A model generated the notes under the pieces. The model had not been told where the DNA came from and did no database searches. It saw only the letters and a program-made list of their open reading frames with translations. A stretch of 64,000 bases of DNA from Amoebophrya sp. A120 (lineage: Eukaryota > Protista > Dinoflagellata). Of the stretch, positions 48,515-60,500 are shown in pieces; position 1 is the stretch's first letter, and each line of letters starts with the position of its first letter. Where the stretch lies: assembly GCA_905178155.1 (NCBI GenBank), contig CAJINV010000004.1, positions 1,000,629 to 1,064,628 of the forward strand, given 5' to 3'. Made by a program: the position numbers and the translations under genes.

Positions 48515-51500
48515 TCAACGAAAATCCCAGAACACGTCGGGAATGGCAATTCTTTGCCGAATGTAAGAACTTTTTGACTTGGTGTTGCTTATTTCCATAG
48601 TACCAATCGGCTCGTTGGAACTTCCGGTCAAAGAGGACAGAAACTCCTCCTCCACGGAGCTGTGCGAATGCTGGATAAAGTCGTTCTCGATGTTTTCCCG
48701 TTCCCGCGACGCCTCTTGCAGCGAATCCGCGTCTATGGCGTTCTCAACTGTTACATTCTCAACTGTTACATGAATTTGTGATGCAAAAATGGCAAAACTG
48801 AAAGGGGGAAGATAGCGCCTTTTGCATGACAGATTTGGCACAGATTCTCAGCCTGTTTGGGCCTTCCAGAATTTGTCATGCGCAGCAGCTTGATCGCGTC
48901 GAATCTGATTGGAGTTTTGCATGACAAATCATGTAACAGTTGAGAATGTAACGTTTGAGAACGCCATAGCGTCGTCGTTGAGGTTGCTGTTGGTAGAAGC
49001 AGGGTCACCACCAGCAGCTTCGGAGGAAGTCATTGACGTGGGGTTTTGATGTTGTCTTTTTGCATTTCCATTTCCTCCACTTCTCTTCTTCACTTTCACA
49101 AACCTCGGCTCGGAATTTGCGTTCCTTATCACCTCTTTCTTCTCTCTTTCATCCGCGGGAGACGTCTGCAAATCGACATCCGCGTCGTTCGCCTTTGTTC
49201 TGCGGTATTGGAGCTGGTTCAGGTTTATACCGGAGCTGAAGGGGCCGAAGATGGCATTATGATCTTCTTCTTCTTGATCTGGGTCTTCTTCCTTCTTCCG
49301 TTTGCGGGAGCGGTATGGCGTTCTCAAATGTTACACTCATCTCAACTGTTTTTAATGCAAGAACGGCAACAGTGAAAGGGGGAAGACTGCGCCTTTTGCA
49401 TTACAGATTTGGCGCAGATTTAGATGCTGTTTAGCCCTTCGGAGATTTGTCATGCGAAGCAGCTTCGTCGTGGCGATCTTGCTGGTAAATTTGCATGACA
49501 AGTCATGTACTAACAGTTGAGAATGTAACGTCTGAGAGTCCCATAATCGGGTATCGCTCGTTGGGCTGTCCTGCAGGTACTCGTGCTCATGGGAGAAGTG
49601 GATCCACTGCTTTTCCCGCTTACTGTGATCATTGTCGTAACTGTAGGCCACGCCCTGGTTCTTCGCGATGCCCATCAACGGGATGCCTGTGGCCTCGGGG
49701 AGACGGAGGGCGGGAACGATAGTGTGAGGCTGGGTTTTGGAGGTTTTTTTGCCCTGATTGGAAGTCGTTGATGTGCTGTTGCATAAGAAGTTACTGGCAC
49801 CTCCGCCTGTTGAGGGACCACCTTGCTCGTCGTGCTGGTCTTCTGATGTTGTTGTAACCGGACCTTTATTTTTTCGCGGGTCCTGGTGCCCCTGCTTTGT
49901 CTGCTCTTTGCTCGAGCCCTTGCTGCTAGTTGTATTGGCGGTCGTTTTCTCATGCGGTTGCGGTCTGGACCGCTGCTCCCGCTGACCGTGTTTAATATTG
50001 TCCTTCTGGTGCGCCCCGGCGCCCTCCACAGGTGCACCAGCTCCTGCTGCGCCAGACGGTCGCTTGCTGCTGGAAGCTGAAGCACCACTACTGGCATGTT
50101 GACCTTTTGCAGCTCCTTTCATCCCCGCATGATGATCCGATGAACCAACGACCCCAGCGCCAGTTGATGTTTCCGTTTTCTTGTGTCGCGCCGGCGGGGC
50201 CGACTGCGGTCTCGATGTTGGACCACCAGTACTAGCGACTACTTTGCCACCTTTACTGCTCTTATTTCCGGAAATCTCAGCTGGCTGCTCCTGGTTAAAT
50301 CCCTGACTCGCTCGAACTTTCGCTGCAGACTGGGGGCGAATAGAAGCCGATTGCGGGCGGCCAGATATTTTGGTTTTTGCGCCACCACCACTTGCTTTTG
50401 CTTTATTACTCCCAGTATGGATTGCAAAAGTGTCTGGGTCTGGAAGATTGCTGAGGTTTGTGATGCTGTGTCTGCTTGACACAGAAGGTGTGCCATGCAA
50501 GACCTAGCATCACAGGTTTTGAGACGGTTTCGCAATGCTTAATCCGCATGACAAACGCCTTCATTCGGCGACAGGAACAGGAGCTCCCTTTGCTGTCTAA
50601 GCATGACAGATCTTTGTGTGATCCAAGTATGCATCACAAGATCGCATCCTTCCAGACCCAGACCTTTTTGCACTTGATACCCAGTCTTCACTTTGTCGCC
50701 AGAGATCATCTCGTCCGGATTATGGCGCTCTCAAACGTTACATTCTCAACTGTTACATGAATTTGTCATGCAAAAGTGCCTTCAGCCAGCAGATGATCGA
50801 GCGGCTTCGCATGACAAATTTCGGAAGGGCTAAACAGCATCGAAGTCTGCGGCTGCGCCAAACTTGTAATGCAAAAGGCGCAATCTTCCTCCTTTCACTT
50901 TTGCCAGTCTTGCATTGCAAATTCATGTAACAGTTGAGAATGTAGCACTTGAGACCTCCATACGGATCCAACCCGGCTTCGACCACGACTTCTCGATTTC
51001 GCTGCAGCCACTGCAGCGCGGACCTTCGCTTTCGCTTCAACTTCCGATGCAAGGCCTCCGCATACTCGTGCATCTGGTGCTGCCGTTCCGCCCACTCGAT
51101 TTCCTCCCCGACGGGTCGGTTTTTGGGCCACGCCTGGCCGTGCGCGAAGCCGTCGTAGGGCGCTGGGTGGCCCACGGTTTTCCAAGCGTGATTTTTCAAT
51201 TTGTCCGGCGAGGTAAGGTTTTCGTAGTACTTAGCGAAGTTCTTGTTGGTCATCTTCGAGGATAATTTGGACGGACTGCGGAAGTTTTTTGATGTTGAAC
51301 ATGTTGTAGTTCTATAATCACGTTGAAGATCTTGATCGCCATCTTCTGTTCTTCGTGTGGCATCATACTGCAGCTTCGCAATGTGACTTTTCAAAGCTTC
51401 CTCTGCCTGTTCGCAATCCTCTAGCGCGCTCATCATCTGTTCGACCGCTTCTAGATGATCACTTGTTGCCGCTGTGCCGTCTTCTATCATGTTTTCCACT

Positions 51501-54500
51501 TGCTGAAGACTGACTTTATTCTCTGTCATAGAGTGCGACGGAACGAGGAGCTGCAGCTTCTGCTTTTTGTTCCTGGTCTTCATATGGTCGTTATTTGGGT
51601 CGTTTGCGTTATTTCCATTTTGGGTTTGCCTGATGGTAGTACCAGCATTGTTCCTGTTCTTGCTTTTACTCGACGCCGGCCCTTTCTGTTTGTTTCGGGC
51701 AACAGGACCACGTTCTTGCACGCCGACCATATTTTTCTCCTCCTCTCCCGCCCTCGGTTTGATTTCCTTCATCAAACTAAAAGTATTGTCCCAGGGCGGC
51801 CGGTCCGTGATGCGGTTGGCCGTGATCGCCGAGAAGGCCTTTTTCATCGGCTTTCCTCCGGAAGATGTTGGATCAAAATCATCACCGTGGTCGTGGTCCT
51901 CACCAGCTGCGCTAGAATTATCCGCCTCCAGCCGCCACCTCGCATCAAGCACTGTCCGCTTTTTCTGATTCGCGAGCCGCGTTTCCAAGGGCAGCTTCGA
52001 GGGGGAGTATGAATTGCAAATAAAGTAACGCTGTACTAGTATAAATTGCAATACAAATTGGCTCAGCATTACAAATTGAATTTGTCATGCGGATTTGCCT
52101 TAGGAACTAGATTTGTCATGCATAAATGCAAAAATTAGTACGAGTACGATACTTTTGCACATGATAGGGAGGACTCCTTGCGGATGTCCGGCGTGTCCAG
52201 CGGCGAGGGCTGAAAGTGGGAAAACAGGTTCTGGAAGTTCCAGTCCGGAGGGCGGGGCGTGGTAGGGGAGATTTCTAATTCTAGGTGTTTAGTGTTTATT
52301 TCGTCATGCTGTAGCTGGCCCCTCTTGCTTATTCCCGGCGGCGACGGGGGAAGTGAGGGAGACCTGGAAGGTGACCGAGAACGAGACTTCGCCTCCACAA
52401 GCGTCGCGACTCTCAGGAGCTGGTGGTCCCACGTGTTTGGCTGTTAGTGTCATCAGTTTTGGAAATTTCAAGTCTCATCTACGAGATGGTGAACTTCTTC
52501 GTCGAAACATGATCATCATCACGATCCAAGAATTGTACTTCTGACAGACTCTGCATACATCAACATCCCTTAGAAGATTCCTCTAGACCCTCTTGTTATG
52601 TTTAGATGTAGAAAGCAGCTGAGTGCTATCCGTTGTACGTACCTCCTCTCCTCCAGCTTCCGCACTTTCCAATTTTCTTGCCGCTAGCGAATCGCGCCGC
52701 GCCGGCGCCTTACTGGATGAAGATGATGAAAAACTCGGCCCGGCTGGAACGGTGCTCGCTGATGTAGTAGGCGGTTTCTGCGTGCTAGCAGTGCTCTGGT
52801 GACCACTTTTCGGTAGTTTCGCCGACTGCGGTCGCGTAGAAGATGTAGTAGCTCCACTACTCTTTGTTCCTCCACCTCCACGCCTTTCAAACACTTCCTG
52901 GGACCTGCGCCGCATCTCCAACAGGCGCTCCTCTTCGCTCTGTTTCCTGGTACTAATCCTGATCGTGGTCGCTTCTTGCTCTGCATCATTTGCACCCTCT
53001 TGCTCTTGTTCCGTATCATCATCAAACACTTTTCGCACGGATTTTCTCCTCTCCTGCACCGTTTCGTGGTGCTGTTCAATATCCTGCGCAAAGGTAAAAG
53101 TATCGCACCCGTAGAAGTACTTGCAATCGAATCATGCATGACGAGTCTAACTTTGTGCCCGATCTAGCACGACAAATTGCGTTTTTTTGTTCTAGCAACA
53201 ATTTATGCTAAATGCAACTCATACTCGTACTAGTACTACCACTAAGTGCGATACTTCTTTTGCAAAAATGCATATTCCATCTGCGCGTAAAGTTTCCGTG
53301 CGTTGTCCAAGACACCTTCCAACTCCTCTCTCGTCTCGTCATCCAGTTCGATCTTCTTCCCAAGCGCCTTGCACCGCTCCAGCAGACTGTGTATCACCGG
53401 CGGGTCAGAGCGTTGCGGCTTAAACTCGGAATCGGACTCCTCGGGTGGGGCGGGTCGTTCTTTTTGTTGATCCCGATCCGTAGGAGGTTCTTGCTGCTCG
53501 TGCACCACTGGAGCTGCATCAGCAGCAATCTCAACAGCTGGAACGTGCTGGCTCACTTCTTGCGAAACAGGTCCTTGCTCGTCCATGATTTCCATGGCAG
53601 CTTCTTCCTGCGGTCCTACAGCACCAACTTCTACCTCGGAAGCTCCTGCTGCTCCACGCGGCTCCTCCTGGTCTTCTTCCTCCGCAGCTTCGTGATGACC
53701 GGCACCGCCTGCTTCCGGTGTCTGCGGTTCATTTTCATCAAGATTCATCTCGTCCGCCCCCTCAGCAGTTACTGGCACAGGCCGCTCCTCTTCAGGGCTG
53801 ACGACGTCTTTTTGCACGTTGTACAAATCTTCTGCGTTTTTGCCACCGCCTTTATTTATTTCCGCAGCCCCATGATCCGTCGGGGAGGCGAAGGGCAGGT
53901 CCTTCAGCGTTTTACTGGCTTGCCCTAGATCATCAACAACTCCGCTGCTGGAGTATGTTTTGTCATCGTTCTTGTCGTTGACATCGTCGCGGCTTTTGCT
54001 GTTCATCTCTACTTCCAAACTAATTTCTCCTCCTTCTCCATCTCCATTTCCTCTACCTCCATCATGTCCTTGCTCCTCCGTCACCACGCTGATCGACTTG
54101 GAAGCTGCAAGCTGATCCTGCTCTGAACCACTGTAGTTTTTGTTCTCTTCCTGTTTGTTGTTCTCGTCCTGATTTATTGTTCTCACCGCCAGCGAAGCCG
54201 CCACGTCATACAGAATGCCGTTGACGAAAGAGGAGGAGATCGCGTCTTCGGCGTTTATTGGGTTTTGTACTCCTGCATCAAGAGGTCGTTGATCTTTGCT
54301 TGCTGTTTCCACTTTTTGATTTCGATTAGCTTCAGCTTCATGTTCATCACCAGCCGCATCACTTGTTCCGTGAAGATCCATCCCTCCCGCATCGACATCA
54401 TCTTGATCTTCTTGCTTTCGTTCGTCCGCCTCTCCTGCCTGGTAGAAAGTGAACGGATGTGAATGATGTGAATGTTTCAGCGTAGTGCGCACTAATGGAT

Positions 54501-57500
54501 CTTGCGAAGGATCTACGACCTCGTCGTCGACCACTTCAGAAGATGTGGGCTGTCGCTGCCCCTGTAAAGATTCTGCACCGACAGGGAGAACCTCGCGCTG
54601 CGTAATTTCCATGTTCATTTCCACTTCCACAACTCCATTGTGCGAACTGGAAGTGCAGCTTTCCTCAAACAATTGCTCCTCCTCCCCCGCAAACCCCTCC
54701 TCATGCGGCGACGCCAAGCGCGTCCCGGCCGACGCAGACGTGAAGTCGTCTTCCGCCGCCGTGTTGTGCACTTCAAGCTCGTTGTTGGTCTCGTTTAACA
54801 GATTATTGTCGTCTAGTTCTTCATCCTCAATTGTTTCTTGACCTGCAACTACCGCAGCAGCGTCCACAAGATTGGAGAGAAGACTACTGCCGCTTGATGT
54901 ATTGGAATTGCCACGCTGTCGGTTGTGCAGATGAGCTTCTTCTTCATCGCATTGTACTAGTGTTCTTGCCCGTGCACCACGACCGTGGCTGTCGTCTAGT
55001 CTCTCGTCTTGATGCGCATTGATACTAGACGCACTTGCCTCCTGCTGTCTCATCAAATTGTAATTCGCGGCGGAGCTGGCTGTGGCACTGCTGCTCTCTT
55101 CATCCCCGAGTACTGCGCCGTTGTCACTACCTGAGTCAGCGGCCTCCACTCCATCTACCTCGTCCTGCGGCAGTGGCGGCGTCCGGGGAGTGGAGAATGT
55201 ACTGGTAGCAGGATGAAAACCCTCATATCTGGAGTCCGTGCCGGGAGCAACAATTCCTTCTACTCTAGTAGGATTATTATCATCCGCCGGCGTGCTGGTC
55301 TGCGACAGAACGACTTCTCTGCTGCCATCATGATTCTCGTCCACGACCTCGCAGCTCGACCCGCCCAACAGCGACTCGTTGGCGGTGCCCGAATGGGAGT
55401 GCGAATTACTGTCCACATTCGCGGAGCCCGTGTGCGAGTGGGTAGCGCCGAGGAGGCGCGCGTTGGAGCTGGAATTGTGTAGCGAAGAATTGTCGGAGGA
55501 CGCTACCCGGAAGGAGGAAGAGCTCGAGGAAGAAGAGTTACTGCTCTTCACCCCCTCGCTTTCTCCACTTTTACTCAACTGTTCTTCTTCTACATTATCG
55601 CGTCCTCCTCCAGGCGCGCCTCCATCTGCGCCTGCCTCCGAGAATGAACTTTGACTTTCTTCGCAAGAGGAATTTACCTTCGACATCGACGCTAGAAAAT
55701 GCTGGCCTTCCCGACAGTCATTTACCTGGTGGCGGACCATCCAGTCGTATGCAAGAAAAAAACTGTGTAAGTGTAACTCCGTGTTGCAGACGTTGCAATA
55801 CAGTTACACTTGTCATGCTGGATGTGCATCAGAGCCTATTTTCATGCGTGTTTTCGCGTACCAGCTACGCATGACAGGTTTTCTCTGTCATGCAAAACAA
55901 ATCTGTGATGCTGTTCCTGCAAGAAAGTTACACTTACACACTTTTTTCCTTGGATAAGTCGCGGCTGGGCACTATTACCACCTCGTCGAACCCCTGGGGC
56001 GCTCTGTACACAACCGTGCAGGTATCAAATGCAAAAATGTCTGGGTCTGGAAGATTCTGAGACTTGTCATGCATGTTTTGCATTGGCCAGCATGTCTGTG
56101 ATGCATGCCCTAGCATCACAGATTTTTTGAAGGCTTCGCGATGCCTATTCCGCATGACAAATGGAAATGCCCTCTCCGCGTAGCAAAAATTGCATTCCCT
56201 TTGCTGCTCATGCAATACAGATTTTTTTGGAATCCAAATTCAGCATCACAAGTTGCATTCTTCCAGACCCAGACATTTCTACCTTTGATAGCAGGATTTT
56301 TTCAGCAACTCTTTCTCGAACCTAGGGATCGGGACCGAGAGTTCGGGCTTGTTTTCTCGATCTTTTGACGTCGCGGATTTATTGTTCCTGCCGCCCTCTT
56401 TTGACTTCTTCTTTGTCACTGCCGAGGTGGTGTTGGCTCTCTGCAACGTCGAGGACCCGCTTCTTTGACGATTTGCAGCTACTACCTCTGCATCGGAGGA
56501 GGAAGAGTTTTTATTTATTCCATCAGTCGCATGGGTTGCAGCTCCAAGGGTTTTCGATCTCCGAACCGGTCTGGAGGTAGATGCTGCTGCATGATCCACG
56601 GGATGAAGTAAATCTTCCGGACAGGAGCCCCCGCCGGCCCCGCTTTGCTCCGCGGAATAAACAAGCTCCTGGCCAGCAGCAGAGTTTTTGCTCTGCTGTG
56701 TAGCAGCTTCTGAAGTAGAGGTTGGCTGAGACGAAGAGGACGAAGATTCCATTTCGGACGAAGACTGGTCTTCGCTTCTCGCGTCTTCACCCCGCCCATC
56801 GATTATGGTATAATGATCTACACCGCCAGCACGACGAGCTGCCGTTCTTGTTCCCCCCTGTTTAGAAGGCAGCTTCACATGACTCAGAAACCGGTCCACT
56901 TCGCTCTCGTCGCGGTAATGCTTCAGCAACCCAAGTTCCAGCCCGCTGGCATACTTCGGGTGCCCGGCGTTCGCGGAGGCGAGAAAGCTGCTGGAGGACG
57001 ACTTTATCACGCCGGGCAAAAGCCGAGTGGATGCGCCGGTTCCTGCGGCAGTTACAGAAGAACTCCCGTTCATCTGCAAGAACGTCGGTCCAGCCGGCTG
57101 ATATCAAGTGCAAAAATGTCTGGGTCTGGAAGAATGCATGTTTGTCATGCTCGTCTGGCATGTCTTTAAATCTGTCATGCACGTTACCCAAGAGAGCCAT
57201 TTTTCTGTGGTGCAGGAACGCAGTTTGTCATGCAGAATAGACAACACCTAGAAGCTCAGAAACTTGTCATGCTGAGCCAGCAGCATTTGTGGCCTCATCA
57301 TGAGACGCCACCCAGCATCACAAGTTTCCAGACCCAGACATTTTTACATTTGATAGCTGATGCTGGTCGACGATAACTTTCTTCCGCAATTCCAGGCTGT
57401 TCCCTGCAGCGAGTATCGATTCGTCGTAGACAATGTGGTCTTTGTCCCCGTCTGGGCTGTTGAGAACCACCTGGATACCCCGCGGAGACATCTCAGAACA

Positions 57501-60500
57501 GATCGCTCCTGGTTGGTTCGAACGAGAACAACCGAGCAAGTTGCTATGATTTAGAGCTTTAACACCCGTTAGCATGAGAAGTGGCGAGTTTGTAGTGAAT
57601 TTTGCATGACAAATAGCAGAGGAGACTGCCGGGACATTGTCCCTTTTGCTCTTCTGGGAAGTGGGTTCTGCACACCGCAGAAGTTGTCCAGGCTTATGCG
57701 GCGGGCAGCTGGACATGGCCTGGGCGTCATTCTTTGGCCATGTCTTTTCGTCTTCCTGTGCTTGCAAAAGAGCAAGCACTGCAGCAGCCGCGGCAAAGAC
57801 GCCAAAAACAAGAGCCGCGAAGCACATAAGTGCAGTTTAGGCAAGATGAGGGCGCGGAAGCAAAGGTGAAAGGACCCGGCCGAGAGCTTTGACGCGTCTA
57901 TCCGGCAGGCGCGTGAACTCTCCAGGCCTTATCGGCAGAATATAGAGGCGCTAAGGGCAACAGCGGGCGCCTGTCTTTTCCCCTCGGCCCCACTTCCCAG
58001 GGTCTACTTGTGCGTTTTTTTGAGCACTTTTCTGCGCTAAACTTTGCTTATCACGGTCGAAAAGTGGCGCTCGGTGAATTTTGGGGTGAATTTTGGAAAG
58101 GACGCCGGTGAATTTTGTCCTCCGGCTCTTGTTCAAAATGCGCTGGCGCATGAGAAACTCCGGGTTTTGGGGCTTCCAGAAAGTGTCGCAAAAACAAAAA
58201 GCCTTAAAATTCACCAAGGGAATTCTTGGCCTGGGGGTCACGTCGAATAAGACTTGCTCCGGAGGCAAAAAACACCTGGGGAGTTGTAAGCCGAGCACAG
58301 CAGGCGAAGCAAACTAGTGCCCGCGGCCGAGTCGTGCCTTCCCTTCCACCCGAGGCTACTCCCAGATATCCAATTCCAAACCACAACTCGCGAGAGCGTG
58401 CGCGTTGTACTCGTGCCCCTGTGTTCAGGCGTCGCCCTCCCTTTCGACCATTTCGGAGAGGAACTTCTGAGGTGAGCGCGCAGATGAACAAGAGCCCCAC
58501 GATCCACCTTCTTTGGTTATGCACTACACGGTCCGGCGGGCCCCGTAAGACCGCTTCTTTCGGTGCTGCAAGTGCCACCTGGCACCGAGCAGCCCTTCAC
58601 GCTGCGTGAGCTGCTTGGGATCGTGTCCAGCCCTTTACCACGCAGCGCACTTCTCTTTTGAAGTAAATGCAAGTCATGCAAGACAAATTCACTGCAAATT
58701 CACCCCTCTTATGCTAACGAGCGTCCAAGGCATAAGTTATGATCTTTTCCGTGATGGGTAGAAGTTTTCTTCAATTTTTTCCGGAACTTCCGCTCTTCCT
58801 TTTGCTGCTGGCGGATCTCGCGCGCCGCCTTCCGTCGTTCTTGATTGTAGGCCGAGGAAGACCCGCCGGAATCGTCTTCTAGTGTCGCGCATCAAATGCA
58901 AATATGTCTGGGTCTGGAAGGGTGTAAACTTGTCATGCAGATTTTCATTTTCCATGACCCATGAGGTCAGGAATGCGGAATTTAGCATAACAGACTCTGC
59001 GAGGTGGTCTCTGCCACTGCCATGCCTATCCTGCATGAGAAGCTCCCTCCCAACTTGGTCGAAAGTGGAAAGCTACTTTTGGCACTCATGCAACACAGAT
59101 TTTTGTATGCTTCAGATTTACCATGACAAGTTACCACCTTCCCGACCCAGACATATTTGCAATGCATATCGCGTCGGCAGAAAAGAGGTACTTGAACGAA
59201 ACCGCGTACTCTGTTTTGTTCTCTTCGTTTTCGTTCTCTTCGTTGCTGCTTCCGTGGTAGTTATATGCATTGCAAATATGATGTCTGCATCTGGAACTTG
59301 TGATGCAAGGAAGGGAATAATGAGCACGCTGTAATGCGCTGCCCAGCATGACAAGTTCTTCCGTGGTTCTGGGTTGCGTCATCATCATCATCATCATGTA
59401 GTGGACACTCGCTCCCAGCGCCACAGGTCAAGGATCCCCTCCCCGGGGGGTGGGCGAGGAAGCACTTTCGGCGACCTCAACATACAAAAGCCGAGCGCTA
59501 CCACGGCAAGTCGCCCCAATACAAGTGCCAACCAGTCGGGAGCTACCCACCACACCTGATCAGCACAGCCCGGCCAGCTAGCCGAGCGCGACAGCCCAAC
59601 ATACAGAACGATCCAGGACCCGACCCATTTTACGCCATAAGTTTTTGTTCTCACGGAAGAGACGACGTACCCCTTTGGGCTAAGGGGCGAGACTCTCCCT
59701 TAAGCCGCAACCCCACCCGGACAGGGGAGGCTGGACCATTTGTGCCTTACCTGCGGCACGGACGAAAAAGGCAAGTGCCGCGGACCACAGATGTCAAACC
59801 ATTGGCCAGTTGTTTGTCACTGCTGACTGGCAACCCACCTGGGGCACAGTGACAACTTAAAGGTTTAGTTTGTGCGTGGCAGTCTTAGTGCAACTACTTG
59901 ACTTATTCTGCAACAGAAGCAAAGGGGGAGAGGGGGGGCGGGGGTCTTACGCCAGAGTCGCGACGGGACTTACCTGAACGTAGGGTGCCTGGCAATCCCC
60001 TACTAACCCCATAACCCTTGCGCGCCCGTAACTTCGTCTTCGTCAGCACCGCGGCCAGGAATTTCGACACACCATTTCCAGCATGGCGGCCGCCGTTTGT
60101 ACGAAGTCCCACACGCAACTCCGTGGCCAGAAAGTCCGATACGAATCTTTCACGCCATGTCCATGGCGGCGGTAAGACTGCGCGTCGTGCCTGGTTAGCT
60201 CGTGATAGTCGTGCTGGAGTTGCTCGTGGTAGTCGTGCTGGTGTGCTGCAGTTGCTCGTGGTAGTCGTGCTGGTGTGCTGCAGTTGCTCGTGGTAGTCGT
60301 GCTGGTTAGCGTGACAGCAACTTGAGTGTACTACATAGCGCGGTAGTTCCGAGTCTGGTCGTCGTCGGTGTCCGCACGTTGTTGCCGTTCCTCCGAGTAA
60401 AAGCATGGTCATCTCGATTCGATGGCTGGCACTCCTGATAGTGCTGCTTGACGAGGCCTTGTACAAACGCCGCACCTCCGTGTAGGACACGAGCAGCAAC

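Noticed and set aside
59998-60020. Telomere-like ccctactaaccccataaccct
   Set aside because: Too short and irregular.
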